Positions 40,301 to 50,280 of a DNA stretch of 64,000 nucleotides are shown here, in pieces. The stretch spans positions 2,994-66,993 of the forward strand of contig CAIZEI010000061.1 in NCBI GenBank assembly GCA_903931945.1. The letters run 5' to 3'. The stretch comes from an uncultured Hyphomicrobiales bacterium. Its GTDB lineage: Bacteria > Pseudomonadota > Alphaproteobacteria > Rhizobiales > Beijerinckiaceae. The notes beneath the pieces are model-generated. The model ran no database searches and had not been told where the DNA came from. It worked only from the letters and a program-made list of their open reading frames with translations. Both the position numbers and the translations under genes were made by a program. The first letter of the stretch is position 1, and every line of letters starts with the position of its first letter.

Positions 40301-40864
40301 TCAGGCGGCGGCGCGCCCGGCGATCCGCGCATAGGCAGAACGCAAGGCCGCAGAAATGGACTTGCGGCGAATAATAGCAACGCCAAGTCCTAACACGAGC
40401 CACGACAGGGTCCCTGCGCCGGGGACGGGTGCGGGGGCCATCGTCGCGGTCCCATTAATCGTCTGGGTCACCACGCCCGCGGATGTCAGGTATTCGACTG
40501 TCGAGGTGTTCATGGCGTTGTTGGTGGGGTCGATGAACAACTGAATAGCCGGATACCCCGACTGCTGAAACAGCAGGGACGTGGCGGTCACCTGGTTTGA
40601 CGTTCCAGATATCGACGACCATGTTGTAGATCCTGACAGCACCGATAGAGGCGCTGTAGCGAACCCGGAAGCGTAGAACGACACATCATGTACGGAGCCA
40701 CCGATGACATTCGCTATCCCGTTGGTGATTGCGCAGCCGCCGCACCCGTTACCGGTGAAGGTGAAACTATACGACTGGGCCATAGACACGCTTCCGCCTG
40801 CTCCGAGCTGGAGCAAGAGCGCGAAACCGATGGACGAGATAATACGAACCCAACGCGCTGCCAT
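40301..40864 (-). CDS. Secreted Ser/Thr/Gly-rich protein with PEP-CTERM-like C-terminal sorting signal
   Basis: GGAGG RBS; signal peptide ...VSMA-QS; C-terminal APAPVPGAG + TM (TLSWLVLGLGVAII) + RRK. Confidence 0.7.
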   Translation of the reverse strand: MAARWVRIISSIGFALLLQLGAGGSVSMAQSYSFTFTGNGCGGCAITNGIANVIGGSVHDVSFYASGFATAPLSVLSGSTTWSSISGTSNQVTATSLLFQQSGYPAIQLFIDPTNNAMNTSTVEYLTSAGVVTQTINGTATMAPAPVPGAGTLSWLVLGLGVAIIRRKSISAALRSAYARIAGRAAA

Positions 40865-41264
40865 TATGACCTCCGAGTAACGCGCTCCATTGGCGGCATT
40901 GATAAAATATTATACTTTATATGCATTCGCTGGATCACTTTCCGACCAAACCGTAACCGCTCTTGAATGTCAAGATGCGCCCTCACCGTGTGGACATTGG
41001 AGCTGTGGATCGCGGTTTTTCGGGGATTGAGGACTTGTCGCCGTTTTGGCGTTTCGCGAACACGGAGCGGTCGCTCGGAAATCTGCCCGTGAAGTTTGCT
41101 TTCTGACATGTGATGTCGATTCGCAAAAAAATCGCAACTACTGGCAAACCCGAACGCTGCCGCGCCAGCAGTTCGGCAAAACGCCGACAGCACGCCCTGC
41201 CGTTCTCGTCTTCCCCGGAACTTCGCACCTGCGACGAAGCGCCCGCACGGCCCAGCTCAGGGCC

Positions 41265-41351
41265 ATCGGGTGAAGGACAATACTTCTCGTCCTCAACCTT
41301 CGAGACGGCTGCTTTGCAGCCACCTCAGGATGAGGAAATCCTTCACCCGAT
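41265..41351. repeat. Long palindromic (REP-like) element
   Basis: Perfect 13-bp IR ATCGGGTGAAGGA/TCCTTCACCCGAT enclosing CCTCAACCTTCGAGACGGCTGCTTTGCAGCCACCTCAGGATGAGG. Confidence 0.7.
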
Positions 41352-41413
41352 TGCCGGCGCGGCCCAGCTTCAAAACGCTTCTATCCCCGGCGGCGGCGTG
41401 GTAATTGACCGTC

Positions 41414-42109
41414 ATGACACATCGTATTTCAGGATTCGCTTGCGGGCTTGCGCTCTTCGCCGCGCTTGGCGCCAGCGCCGCGCGCGCGGACAAGATCGCC
41501 AATCCCACCGCGATTTTCGCCGGTCTCGACAAGATCACCGGACGCATCATCAATTTTGATGTGGCGACCGACGAAACGGTTCAGTTCGGGTCGCTGCAAA
41601 TCACGCCTCGCGTCTGTTATACGCGGCCCGCCACCGAGGCGGCGCAGACCGATGGTTTTATCGAGGTCGACGAAGTCCAGACCGACAATAAATTCAAACG
41701 GATATTTTCGGGCTGGATGTATACGGCAAGCCCCGGTCTGCATGGCGTGGAGCATCCCGTCTACGATGTCTGGCTGACAGGTTGCAAAGGCGGATCGCAG
41801 GTCATTCCGGATATCGCCGCGCTGCCGGACGACCAGCCTGCGCAATCCCAGGCGACGACCCTGGGCGCGCCCGCGGGCAAGCCTGCAAATGTCAACAAGA
41901 CGCGAAAGCCTGCGAGCCCGGCCGCCCCCGGCCAGACCGATCCACTGATTGCCGCAAGCCCCCTCGACCCGCCGCCGCGTTTGCGCCCGAACGCCGGCGC
42001 CCAGCAGGCCGGCGCGCCGCCTGCGCAGCGCCGTTCGCCGGTGCAATCCTTTTTCCCGACAGCCGCCAATCCCGGCGATTCCCAGCGCGAACGGGACCTG
42101 CAACGCTGA
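41414..42109 (+). CDS. DUF2155 domain protein
   Basis: Signal peptide; AIFAGLDKITGR...FGSLQI...CYTRP...IFSGWMYTASPGLHGVEHPVYDVWLTGC; Pro/Ala-rich tail. Confidence 0.9.
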   Translation: MTHRISGFACGLALFAALGASAARADKIANPTAIFAGLDKITGRIINFDVATDETVQFGSLQITPRVCYTRPATEAAQTDGFIEVDEVQTDNKFKRIFSGWMYTASPGLHGVEHPVYDVWLTGCKGGSQVIPDIAALPDDQPAQSQATTLGAPAGKPANVNKTRKPASPAAPGQTDPLIAASPLDPPPRLRPNAGAQQAGAPPAQRRSPVQSFFPTAANPGDSQRERDLQR

Positions 42110-42119
42110 CAGGGCCTGT

Positions 42120-42797
42120 TCAGTCACCGCTTTTGAGCGCCGCCAGCGCGCGCGCGCCGCTGATCGATCCATCTGCGGGCCAGACGAGAAAATTCGCGTT
42201 TTCACCGATCGCGGCGTCAAGCTGGGGGTGATACGCCTCCCGGCTGATCTCCTGTGCGCCAAGACTTGCCAGATGCGGCGTGACAAATTGCGTATCGAGG
42301 AGGCGGAAACCGCCAGCGCGCAATCGCGCCACGAGATGAACCAGCGCAACTTTTGAGGCGTCGCGGGCGGTGTGAAACATGCTTTCGCCGAAAAACGCCG
42401 CGCCTATCGCCACGCCGTAAAGCCCCCCGACACGTTGTCCGTCCCGATCGAAGGCTTCGACAGTATGCACGAAGCCGCGTTCGTACAGGGCGCCATAAAG
42501 CGTGCGGATGCGCTGGTTGATCCAGGTTTTCGGGCGGTCTGCGCCGCCGCCTGAACAGCCGTCGATGACAGCGCTGAAATCCTGATCGATCCGGATGCGA
42601 TAGCGGTCGGAGCGCACGAGTTTGGCAAGACTGCGCGAGACCTCAAGACCATCGAGCGGAAAGACGCCGCGCAATTCCGGATCGACCCAGAAGATTGTGG
42701 GATCGTCCGCATCCTCGGCCATCGGAAACATGCCGATCGAATAGGCGCGCAGAAGAATCTGCGGGGTAATCGCGCTGTGATCAATGGCGCCTGACAT
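42120..42797 (-). CDS. aat: Leucyl/phenylalanyl-tRNA-protein transferase
   Basis: [53 protein letters not shown]. Confidence 0.95.
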   Translation of the reverse strand: MSGAIDHSAITPQILLRAYSIGMFPMAEDADDPTIFWVDPELRGVFPLDGLEVSRSLAKLVRSDRYRIRIDQDFSAVIDGCSGGGADRPKTWINQRIRTLYGALYERGFVHTVEAFDRDGQRVGGLYGVAIGAAFFGESMFHTARDASKVALVHLVARLRAGGFRLLDTQFVTPHLASLGAQEISREAYHPQLDAAIGENANFLVWPADGSISGARALAALKSGD

Positions 42798-42891
42798 TAC
42801 GCCAAGGTGGCGGCGCCGGCGGCTGACGTCAAGGGGCGAGTTGCCGCCTGGAGCCATCTGTTGCAAGGTGGGCGCGTTGAGGGAGGAAGCG

Positions 42892-43680
42892 ATGGATCGC
42901 ATTTTGACACCGGGCGCCATGACCGTTCCGACGGGCGCTGCGGGCGCCAGTTTGGCCCAGGCGCAAACGGCTGACATCGCCCCGACCGGCGCATTGCGCG
43001 TCGCTATCGCCATCAGCCCTGCGCCGGGGCCATTCTGGGCCGGGCGCGACAAACAAACAGGCGAGCCGAAGGGCGTTTCCATCGACCTCGGGCGCGCGCT
43101 TGCCGCGCGGCTGAAGATCCCGCTCGGACTTGCGATTTATGAAAATTCGGGCGCCATTACAGAGGCTGGCCCCTCGGGGGCATGGGATGTCACATTCGTG
43201 CCGATGGACGCCGAACGCGCCCGAAAAATCGATTTCGGCCCGGTCTACAATATTGGCGAATCCACATTCCTGGTGCGCGCCGGCGCGCCGTTGAGGGCGC
43301 TCGCCGATGTCGACAAGGCCGGCGTGAAAGTTGTGGGCGTTTCCGACACCACGACCATCCGCGCCATCGGCGGCTGGCTCAGAAATACACGCGTGACCGG
43401 CGTCGGCACGGTCGAATCGATCATGGAGCAGTTGAAAAGCGGGCAGGCCGATGCATTTGGCATGAGCCGCGAGGCGCTCGTGGAGCTCTCGCATTCGCTG
43501 CCAGGCTCGCATGTCCTGCCAGGATATTTCTTCCAGGCGAAAACAGCTGCGGCAGTGCCAAAAGGCCGCGCTGCGGCGCTTGCCTGTGTTACCACCTTCA
43601 TGGAAGAGGCGAAGACATCGGGCGAAATCCGCAGGATTTTCGACGCCAATGGATTGCAGGATCAGGCGGTGGCGCCCTGA
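42892..43680 (+). CDS. ABC substrate-binding protein, amino-acid/SBP_bac_3 family (orphan)
   Basis: GGGAGG RBS; [10 protein letters not shown]...[11 protein letters not shown]...WDVTF...IDFGP. Confidence 0.8.
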   Translation: MDRILTPGAMTVPTGAAGASLAQAQTADIAPTGALRVAIAISPAPGPFWAGRDKQTGEPKGVSIDLGRALAARLKIPLGLAIYENSGAITEAGPSGAWDVTFVPMDAERARKIDFGPVYNIGESTFLVRAGAPLRALADVDKAGVKVVGVSDTTTIRAIGGWLRNTRVTGVGTVESIMEQLKSGQADAFGMSREALVELSHSLPGSHVLPGYFFQAKTAAAVPKGRAAALACVTTFMEEAKTSGEIRRIFDANGLQDQAVAP

Positions 43681-43708
43681 CGCAGCCGCCTGACCGGGAA
43701 GTGGCGGC

Positions 43709-44272
43709 TCAAAAATAGGCTTTGGCTGTTGTCAGAACGCCAACCGCGCCCAGCGCCATGGCGAGATACCACGGCCAGCGCGCGCCCTTGGTGATGATCG
43801 AGACCGTGGCGATGGCGATCGAGACATGCAGGAAGGTGACTGCGAGCGTCAGCACATGATGCCGCGCTTCGTGGCCGTCGGCCTCCAGGCCTTTCTCCTC
43901 AACCTTCTTTTCGAGTTCCTCGGCTTTCTTCTGAATTTCCTTCGAGTCATCATCGTTGTGCTTTGCGCCTTCGGCGAGCTTGGCGGCCAGGTCCGGATTC
44001 GTCAGTCCGGCGATTTCATACATGTTCTTTTTGATGCTCTTGGCCTGGAAGAACGCCCATTGATCGCTGGCCTTGTTCTGGAACAGGACCGAATCGTTCT
44101 TGCTGGTGATCGTGGCTGCGGTTTCAACCGATTCGAGGCTGCCGACGGTGGCGGCGATGACGGCAAGGATGGCGATGGTCATGGCGACGGTCAGCAGGAA
44201 GGGATCTCCCTCGTGCGCGACGTGTTCTGCATGTTCCATATGTTCAAAATGTTCTGTCGGGGATTCGGACAC
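43709..44272 (-). CDS. DUF4337 membrane protein
   Basis: GTG start, His/Glu-rich N-terminus, VAMTIAILAV, KASDQWAFFQAKSIK, AIAIATVSII. Confidence 0.8.
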   Translation of the reverse strand: MSESPTEHFEHMEHAEHVAHEGDPFLLTVAMTIAILAVIAATVGSLESVETAATITSKNDSVLFQNKASDQWAFFQAKSIKKNMYEIAGLTNPDLAAKLAEGAKHNDDDSKEIQKKAEELEKKVEEKGLEADGHEARHHVLTLAVTFLHVSIAIATVSIITKGARWPWYLAMALGAVGVLTTAKAYF

Positions 44273-44619
44273 GGAATATTCCTTCGTCAGTGCGGAGTGA
44301 AAATGCCTGCGAACGCGCGCCCAAATGACAGGCAGGACTATTTGCGCCGAATTTGCGAAACACAGCAAGTCTGTTGCGGGCATTTGGAAAAAAGGCGTGG
44401 GATAAGTCTGTGACCGGCGACCCCGCGCCGGGGTCCGGGACGCGCGCCCTGGCGTTATCGCTGTCTATCGCCCGGGACGAAGGCGCTGCGCTGACCGGGA
44501 CGATCACAAATGTGCGGGCAGGCGAGCGGACGCCCATTGCAGGGTCGCGCGTTGAGTTGGCGGCTGAGGTCTTTTGGATCGGACGCGCCCGCAGACCCCG
44601 GGAGGTCAGCGGATTCCTT

Positions 44620-45387
44620 TCAACCGCAAGCGGTCTTGCCGCATTTTTTGACGCTGTCGATTTCGGATTTGAGCTCGTCATAGCCAACCGCGCCAATCAC
44701 GACGTCATTGCCGAGCACAAAACTCGGGGTGCCCGTCAATTGCAAACCGTCGGCGATTTTCATCACCTCCTGAATCGACGATTTGGTCTCCGGCGCCGCC
44801 AAATCCCTGTTGAGCTGGTCGAGATTCGCGCCCATGTCTTTGGCGACCGAGATTGCCTGCGCCCGACCGACTTGCCCCTTCATGCCGAGCAGTTTGTAGT
44901 GATACTGCCAGTATTTATCGCCAGAGAACTGCTTGCGAAGGGCCGTCGCGACCTCGGCGGCTTCAATTGAACCCGGTCCGAGAACGGGAAAATCCTTGAT
45001 CACCAGCCGCAGATCCGAATCCTCTTTCACGAGGCGGGCGATATCGTCGAGCGATTTTTTGCAGTAGCCGCAATTATAATCGAAAAATTCAACAAGCGTG
45101 ACCTTGCCATTGGGATTGCCGAGCACAGCCTGATTGGGCGAATTGAAAATCTGCGGCGCAGCGTCGCTGACCGCCTTTTGCCGGGCCGAAGCGTCAGCCT
45201 CTTTCTGTCGCCGCTCCATCTCTGCGAGCGCGTCGCGCAGGACATCGGGATTGTTGATCAGATAATCCCTGATGATGCCCTGAACTTCGGTTTTTTGCGC
45301 GTCCGACATGCCGGCGCGTGCGGGCGCTACGGCGCAAAGCGCTGAAATCGCCAGGCCAGCGATGGCAAAAAAACGGGGCAGGGACAT
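44620..45387 (-). CDS. DsbA-family thioredoxin-fold protein (ScsC/Com1-like)
   Basis: Signal peptide; IRDYLINNPDVL; VEFFDYNCGYCKK; GTPSFV. Confidence 0.92.
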   Translation of the reverse strand: MSLPRFFAIAGLAISALCAVAPARAGMSDAQKTEVQGIIRDYLINNPDVLRDALAEMERRQKEADASARQKAVSDAAPQIFNSPNQAVLGNPNGKVTLVEFFDYNCGYCKKSLDDIARLVKEDSDLRLVIKDFPVLGPGSIEAAEVATALRKQFSGDKYWQYHYKLLGMKGQVGRAQAISVAKDMGANLDQLNRDLAAPETKSSIQEVMKIADGLQLTGTPSFVLGNDVVIGAVGYDELKSEIDSVKKCGKTACG

Positions 45388-45722
45388 CGACGGCTCCGGT
45401 GCGAAAAATGATCGTGCGGCGTAGCTATACGCGAATCCAGGCGAAAAGGCGACCGGAATGCCGAAACGGCTCGCGCCAAAACCGGACGTATCGTGTGTTG
45501 CCGACACCTCAAATTCGGCGAATTGAAATCGATGCTGGATTCGCCTGTATTGTTTCAAGGGAACCGGGGGAAACCTTCGATCCCCCCGGCCCCTTCGGCT
45601 TACAGGGTAAAGGAAATTGTGACTTTCCGTTGACCCCACCAAAGTTCGATTTTGAGCGTTGTGCCAATTCTCGGACTCCGTTTCGCTGAACAAGATTGCC
45701 CGGCGACAACTATCACAGACAG

Positions 45723-45758
45723 AATCCCCGTTTCCGCGAGTTGGCGGAGCCGGGGATT
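45723..45758 (-). terminator. Hairpin downstream of the M48 gene
   Basis: AATCCCCG.TTCCGC-loop-GCGGA..CGGGGATT, 19 bp past the stop at 45777. Confidence 0.55.
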
Positions 45759-45776
45759 TTGTGTTCGCAAGGACAC

Positions 45777-47198
45777 TCAATCGAATTTCGGCGGGCGGTA
45801 GTTCATAATGTCGTCGGCTTTCAGCCAACCCGGCGTCCCCCGTTTGAATTGTTCCTGAGCGCGATTGGCCTGCGTGCGGGCCTCGACATATTTGCCTGCC
45901 AGAAAAAACCCTTGCGCCGCCGCCAGTTGCGCCTGCGGCATATTGCCTTTGGCGTCATAGGCCATCGATAGCCAGGACCAGGCTTCCGGATCGTCGTTAT
46001 CGCGCTGCACGACCTGATTGAGCAGCTTGATGGCCTCATCGGGCTGCCCCGCGGCGATCAGAGCGTGGCCGAGCAGGTCCTTGATCGGCAGGCCCTCCGG
46101 CGCCAGCGACGCGGCTTTGCGCAACGGCGGGAGGGCTTCGTTCCCGCGTCCCGATTCAAGCAAGACCTGACCTTTCAGCTCATGAAAATAGGCGTTGCCT
46201 GGCTGCGTCGAAATCAGGCTGTCAATTTGTGGCAGGGCTGCAGACAGCCGTCCGAACCGGTAGTCGGAAATCGCCCGCGCGTAGCGCCCTGCGAGGGAGA
46301 CATCCGTGGCCGGATAGCGCCGCGCGATTTCGCTGGCGTCGCTCATGAAGGCGACAATTTTCGCGCGCATGAGGTCGTGCCGGGCCTGCAAAGCCGACGA
46401 ATCCGTAACGTCGAAGGTCGGGCTCGCCCTTGCCGCCGTTTCGAGATTTGACAGACGTTCGCGCGGCAGCGGATGCGTTTGCAGATAGGGGTCGATGGCG
46501 CTCGACTGAAACAGCATGTCATTCTGGAAGCGCTGTAAAGTTGTGAGCAGACCCCTGGACGATTGTCCGGTCGCGGTCAGATATTTGACGGCGGCGCGAT
46601 CGGCAGCCTCTTCCTGCCCACGGATATAGGAGAGCAGCGAACGCTTCACCAGTTCCTGCGGCCCGAGAATGAGACCCATCTGGCCGACGGTGTCGCTCCC
46701 GACATTGCCGGGCTTGTTCGGATTGGACTGCGAGCGGGCGGTCGCGGCCACTCCAGCCGCGCCAGCCAGCAGCCCGACCACCGAGAAAATCTGGGCGTTG
46801 GCGACTTCCTGGTGCAACGCCGCCAGATGCCCGCCCGCAATATGCCCGGTTTCATGGGCGAGGACGCCAATGATCTCGTTTGGCGTTTTGGCGTCCATCA
46901 ACGCCCCGGCAAAAACAAAAATCTTGCGCCCATCGGCGACAAAAGCGTTGAAGGCGCGATCGCCGATCAAAACCACGCGCGTCGCCCCTGTATTCACCCC
47001 GGCGGCGCGCAGCACAGGAGTCACATATTCGCGCAGCAACTGCTCGGTTTCGGCGTCGCGGATGACGCCGGGAATGGAGTTGATCGATTGCGCGCGCGCC
47101 GCCGGGGCAGGCAGCGCGAACGCCATCGCCGCAATCATGGCCCTGGCGCGACGGACTGGCTGGCTTCGCCAGCTTCTGCTAGATGCGGTTGGCTGCAT
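45777..47198 (-). CDS. M48 metalloprotease with TPRs (BepA/YfgC-like)
   Basis: FNAFV, GVLAHETGHI (HExxH), EEAAD, YLQTHPLPRER, C-terminal TPR helices. Start uncertain. Confidence 0.92.
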   Translation of the reverse strand: MQPTASSRSWRSQPVRRARAMIAAMAFALPAPAARAQSINSIPGVIRDAETEQLLREYVTPVLRAAGVNTGATRVVLIGDRAFNAFVADGRKIFVFAGALMDAKTPNEIIGVLAHETGHIAGGHLAALHQEVANAQIFSVVGLLAGAAGVAATARSQSNPNKPGNVGSDTVGQMGLILGPQELVKRSLLSYIRGQEEAADRAAVKYLTATGQSSRGLLTTLQRFQNDMLFQSSAIDPYLQTHPLPRERLSNLETAARASPTFDVTDSSALQARHDLMRAKIVAFMSDASEIARRYPATDVSLAGRYARAISDYRFGRLSAALPQIDSLISTQPGNAYFHELKGQVLLESGRGNEALPPLRKAASLAPEGLPIKDLLGHALIAAGQPDEAIKLLNQVVQRDNDDPEAWSWLSMAYDAKGNMPQAQLAAAQGFFLAGKYVEARTQANRAQEQFKRGTPGWLKADDIMNYRPPKFD

Positions 47199-47316
47199 CG
47201 GTATCCCTGTTCCAATGGTTCCCGCGTCGCTAACGGCGCAGCCTCCGCCACCGTTCTGGCGAAATGTGGCTGCGATACGGCAACACGCCCTTCTACCCGT
47301 TTGAGCTGAACATCGC

Positions 47317-48495
47317 ATGTCTGATTTTGAACGCCCCGCCTTCCGCGCATCGTCCGTGCGCGCTCGTGTGAAACCCTTTCTGGCGATGGACGTCCTGAAT
47401 GCGGCCGTCGCGCGCGAAAACGCCGGCGCGCCGGTCATCCATCTTGAGATTGGCGAGCCTGCTGCGCCACCGCCGCGGCTTGTGCGCGAGGCCGCCATAA
47501 AAGCTTTGGGCGGAACGCGCATATCCTACACGCAAGCGCTGGGCCGACCTTCGCTGCGCGAACGCATCGCGCGCTATTATCGCGACAGGCACGCCTTGAC
47601 GGTCGCGGCGGAACGGGTTGTGGTCACAACCGGATCGTCGGGTGGGTTTGTTCTTGCGTTTCTGGCGTTGTTTGATGTCGGCGCGCGCGTGCTGATCGCC
47701 AATCCCGGCTACCCCGCCTATCGCAATATCATGCAGGCGTTGGGCGTGGAAGCCGTGGGCGCGGCCACGAGCGCCGCCACCGGACATATCGTGACGGCGG
47801 GCATGATCGAGGCGGCGCATCGGGTTCAATCGCTCGATGGCGTTTTGCTGATGAGCCCGGCCAATCCCACCGGCGTCATGACGCCGGCGCCGGAACTTGC
47901 TGCGATCTGCCGGACCTGCGACCGGCTCGGAATCGCCTTCATTTCCGATGAGATCTACCATGGACTGACATATGGCGCGCCGGAGGCGAGCGCGCTTGCG
48001 ACCACAGAACGCGCGGTAGTCATCAATTCCTTTTCCAAATATTATTGCATGACGGGCTGGCGTGTGGGCTGGATGGTGGTTCCCGAAAGTCTTGTTCGTC
48101 CGATCGAACGCCTGCAACAGAATCTCTCCATTTCTGTGCCCACTTTAAGCCAGATCGCGGCCGAAGCGGCCTTTGATTGCGTGGACGAACTGGAAGCGGT
48201 GAAAGCCGGTTACGCCGCCAATCGCGCTGTCCTGATGGACGAATTGCCGCGTATCGGTTTCGGGCGCATCCAGCCGATGGACGGCGCCTTTTACGCCTAT
48301 GTCGATGTCGGCGAATTCACCAATGATTCCGTCGCGTTTTGTGGAAAAATGCTGGCTGAAGCGGGAGTGGCGACGACGCCCGGCCTCGATTTTGATCCCG
48401 ACAATGGTCGCCGCGCCCTGCGCATATCCTATGCCGGCTCAGCCGATGATATTCGGGGCGCTGTTGCGGCGCTGAAAGGCTGGTTGCGGGCATAG
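47317..48495 (+). CDS. PLP-dependent aminotransferase class I/II
   Basis: HLEIGEP, NPGYPAY, SPANPTG, ISDEIYHG, NSFSKYYCMTGWRVGW. Confidence 0.95.
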   Translation: MSDFERPAFRASSVRARVKPFLAMDVLNAAVARENAGAPVIHLEIGEPAAPPPRLVREAAIKALGGTRISYTQALGRPSLRERIARYYRDRHALTVAAERVVVTTGSSGGFVLAFLALFDVGARVLIANPGYPAYRNIMQALGVEAVGAATSAATGHIVTAGMIEAAHRVQSLDGVLLMSPANPTGVMTPAPELAAICRTCDRLGIAFISDEIYHGLTYGAPEASALATTERAVVINSFSKYYCMTGWRVGWMVVPESLVRPIERLQQNLSISVPTLSQIAAEAAFDCVDELEAVKAGYAANRAVLMDELPRIGFGRIQPMDGAFYAYVDVGEFTNDSVAFCGKMLAEAGVATTPGLDFDPDNGRRALRISYAGSADDIRGAVAALKGWLRA

Positions 48496-48517
48496 AAAGG
48501 CTGGTTGCGGGCATAGA
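48474..48517 (+). repeat. Perfect 21-bp tandem duplication of the aminotransferase 3' end
   Basis: AAAGGCTGGTTGCGGGCATAG occurs at 48475-48495 and again at 48496-48516. Confidence 0.95.
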
Positions 48518-48826
48518 CCGGAAATACCAGTCCGCTTTCCTCTCGCCCACGCAGGATATCGAGCCGTAAAATGGAGCGTTTCCGGTGGCGCCGTTCGGCA
48601 AAACGTCGGGGGTTCAGGTTGTCAGACAATGGGTTCCGCCCTATGGCAGCATTGCGGACAAACTTTGCAGAAACTCCGCTGAGACCATTCGCCAGGAGCG
48701 AGGGCTTAGGCGTCGAATCAGGGCGGTCATGATGATGCTTTTGGACTGGTTTAATCGCGAGTCCGCCGGAGCGGCGGGCGCCGTTGCCATTGCCAGGGTC
48801 GAAGGGTTTTGAAAATTAGCGTCGCC

Positions 48827-50239
48827 ATGATGGCTCGCGTCCGGCTCTGGGCCGGGCGGATGTCGCTGGCGTCCATTGCGCCGTTGTCCGAATTGTTCAG
48901 CCGTTTTTTGCGCACCCTTATTTTGTCGCGGCTGCTGGCGCCGGATGAATTTGGAACCGCCATAGCGATCACCGTCGTCAACATGGTTGCGGAATTATCG
49001 ACCGATTTCGGGCTCGAACAATTTGTGATCACACGCACGGGCGAGGCGGCGGGTCGCGCAATGGCTGCGGCGCACGCATTGCAGTTGCTGAGAGGGTTTT
49101 TTCTCGGCGCGGCGATCGCGCTGGCCTCGCCGTTCGTCGCCAGCTTTTTTGGCGTGCCGGAGCGGGCGCCCGCCTTTGCGCTCGCCGGCATGTTTCCTTT
49201 GTTCCGTTCGTTCAGTCATCTCGGCGTCAAGCAAAAGCTGCAACAGTTTGCTTATGGCGCCGATGCCGCAGTCACATTGAGCGCGGGGTTGTCGGGGCTC
49301 CTTGCGACACTCGTCTCGGCCTGGATGTTGCGCGATCATCGCGCTGTGTTGTTCGGTTACGGGACGGAAACCCTGATATCCGCCGTTGTTTCGCATGCGC
49401 TTGCGCGAACGCGCTATGCATTCTGGCCAGACCGCCAGACTTTTATGGAAGCGCTGCGCTGGGGAGCGCCACTCACGTTGAATGGCGTCGGTCTGGCGAT
49501 CATCGGTCAGGCCGACCGGTTTGTCATGGGGCGCATGTTTGGCGTCGAGGCGCTGGGGACCTATGCGGTCATCTACAATCTTGTGGTGGTTCCGATGGTC
49601 GCGCTGATCCGGATTTCGGCCGGTCTGGCGATGCCTCTGCTTGTGAAAAACAAAGACGATTCAGACCGTTTCCAGAGCACATGCGTCTGGCTGAACTGGA
49701 TCTTCGCATTGACTGGTTTTTTCTTCGCTGTGGGATGCGGCGCGCTGCTTGACACGCTTGCGCCGTTCATTTTTGGCGATCGTTACATTGTCTCGCTTTA
49801 TATGCGGATGTTTGCGTCACTGGTGATTTTTGCACGGCTGTTCAGGATTTCCTCGACGATTCGGTTGCTGGCGTCAGGGCAGACCGGCGTTATGACGATG
49901 GCCAATATGGTCAGCGGCGCAGGCGTGGTCTTCGAGTTGCTATTCGCGACATGGATTCCAGACCCGGCCAGCGTCATGGCCGGCGCTTTTGCGGGCGAAC
50001 TGGCGTTGCTGATCACTTTCCTGGCGATCGATTTTAATGCTCTTGCGCACTATCGCACCTCGCTGTTGCGTTGCGCGTCCGCCAGTCTGATAGCGGCGGC
50101 GACTCTCGCCGGATCGATTTATCTGCTTTCCGCGCGCGATTTTGGCGCACGGTTTTTACTGTGTCTTATTTGCACAGCCCCGGCGATCTTGCTCGCCGCC
50201 GGCGTGTGGCGGCGCTGGCGTCGGCGCGAGGCGCTCTAG
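48827..50239 (+). CDS. Wzx-type polysaccharide flippase (orphan)
   Basis: LILSRLLAPDEFG...TDFGL; about 12 TMs; GQADRFVMGRMFGVEALGTYAV. Confidence 0.85.
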   Translation: MMARVRLWAGRMSLASIAPLSELFSRFLRTLILSRLLAPDEFGTAIAITVVNMVAELSTDFGLEQFVITRTGEAAGRAMAAAHALQLLRGFFLGAAIALASPFVASFFGVPERAPAFALAGMFPLFRSFSHLGVKQKLQQFAYGADAAVTLSAGLSGLLATLVSAWMLRDHRAVLFGYGTETLISAVVSHALARTRYAFWPDRQTFMEALRWGAPLTLNGVGLAIIGQADRFVMGRMFGVEALGTYAVIYNLVVVPMVALIRISAGLAMPLLVKNKDDSDRFQSTCVWLNWIFALTGFFFAVGCGALLDTLAPFIFGDRYIVSLYMRMFASLVIFARLFRISSTIRLLASGQTGVMTMANMVSGAGVVFELLFATWIPDPASVMAGAFAGELALLITFLAIDFNALAHYRTSLLRCASASLIAAATLAGSIYLLSARDFGARFLLCLICTAPAILLAAGVWRRWRRREAL

Positions 50240-50280
50240 ACTGCGCTCGCAAGGAAAATCGGTCATCGACCGGGACGCAT

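Noticed and set aside
41171-41183. Exact 13-mer GTTCGGCAAAACG shared with 48593-48605
   Set aside because: Exact 13-mer matches are expected by chance in 64 kb, and the flanks do not extend the match.
45388-45828. 147-aa N-terminal extension of the DsbA ORF (similar extensions on aat, erpA, scpA, M48, wzy)
   Set aside because: Family-typical starts and signal peptides lie downstream; the extensions are open-frame artefacts.
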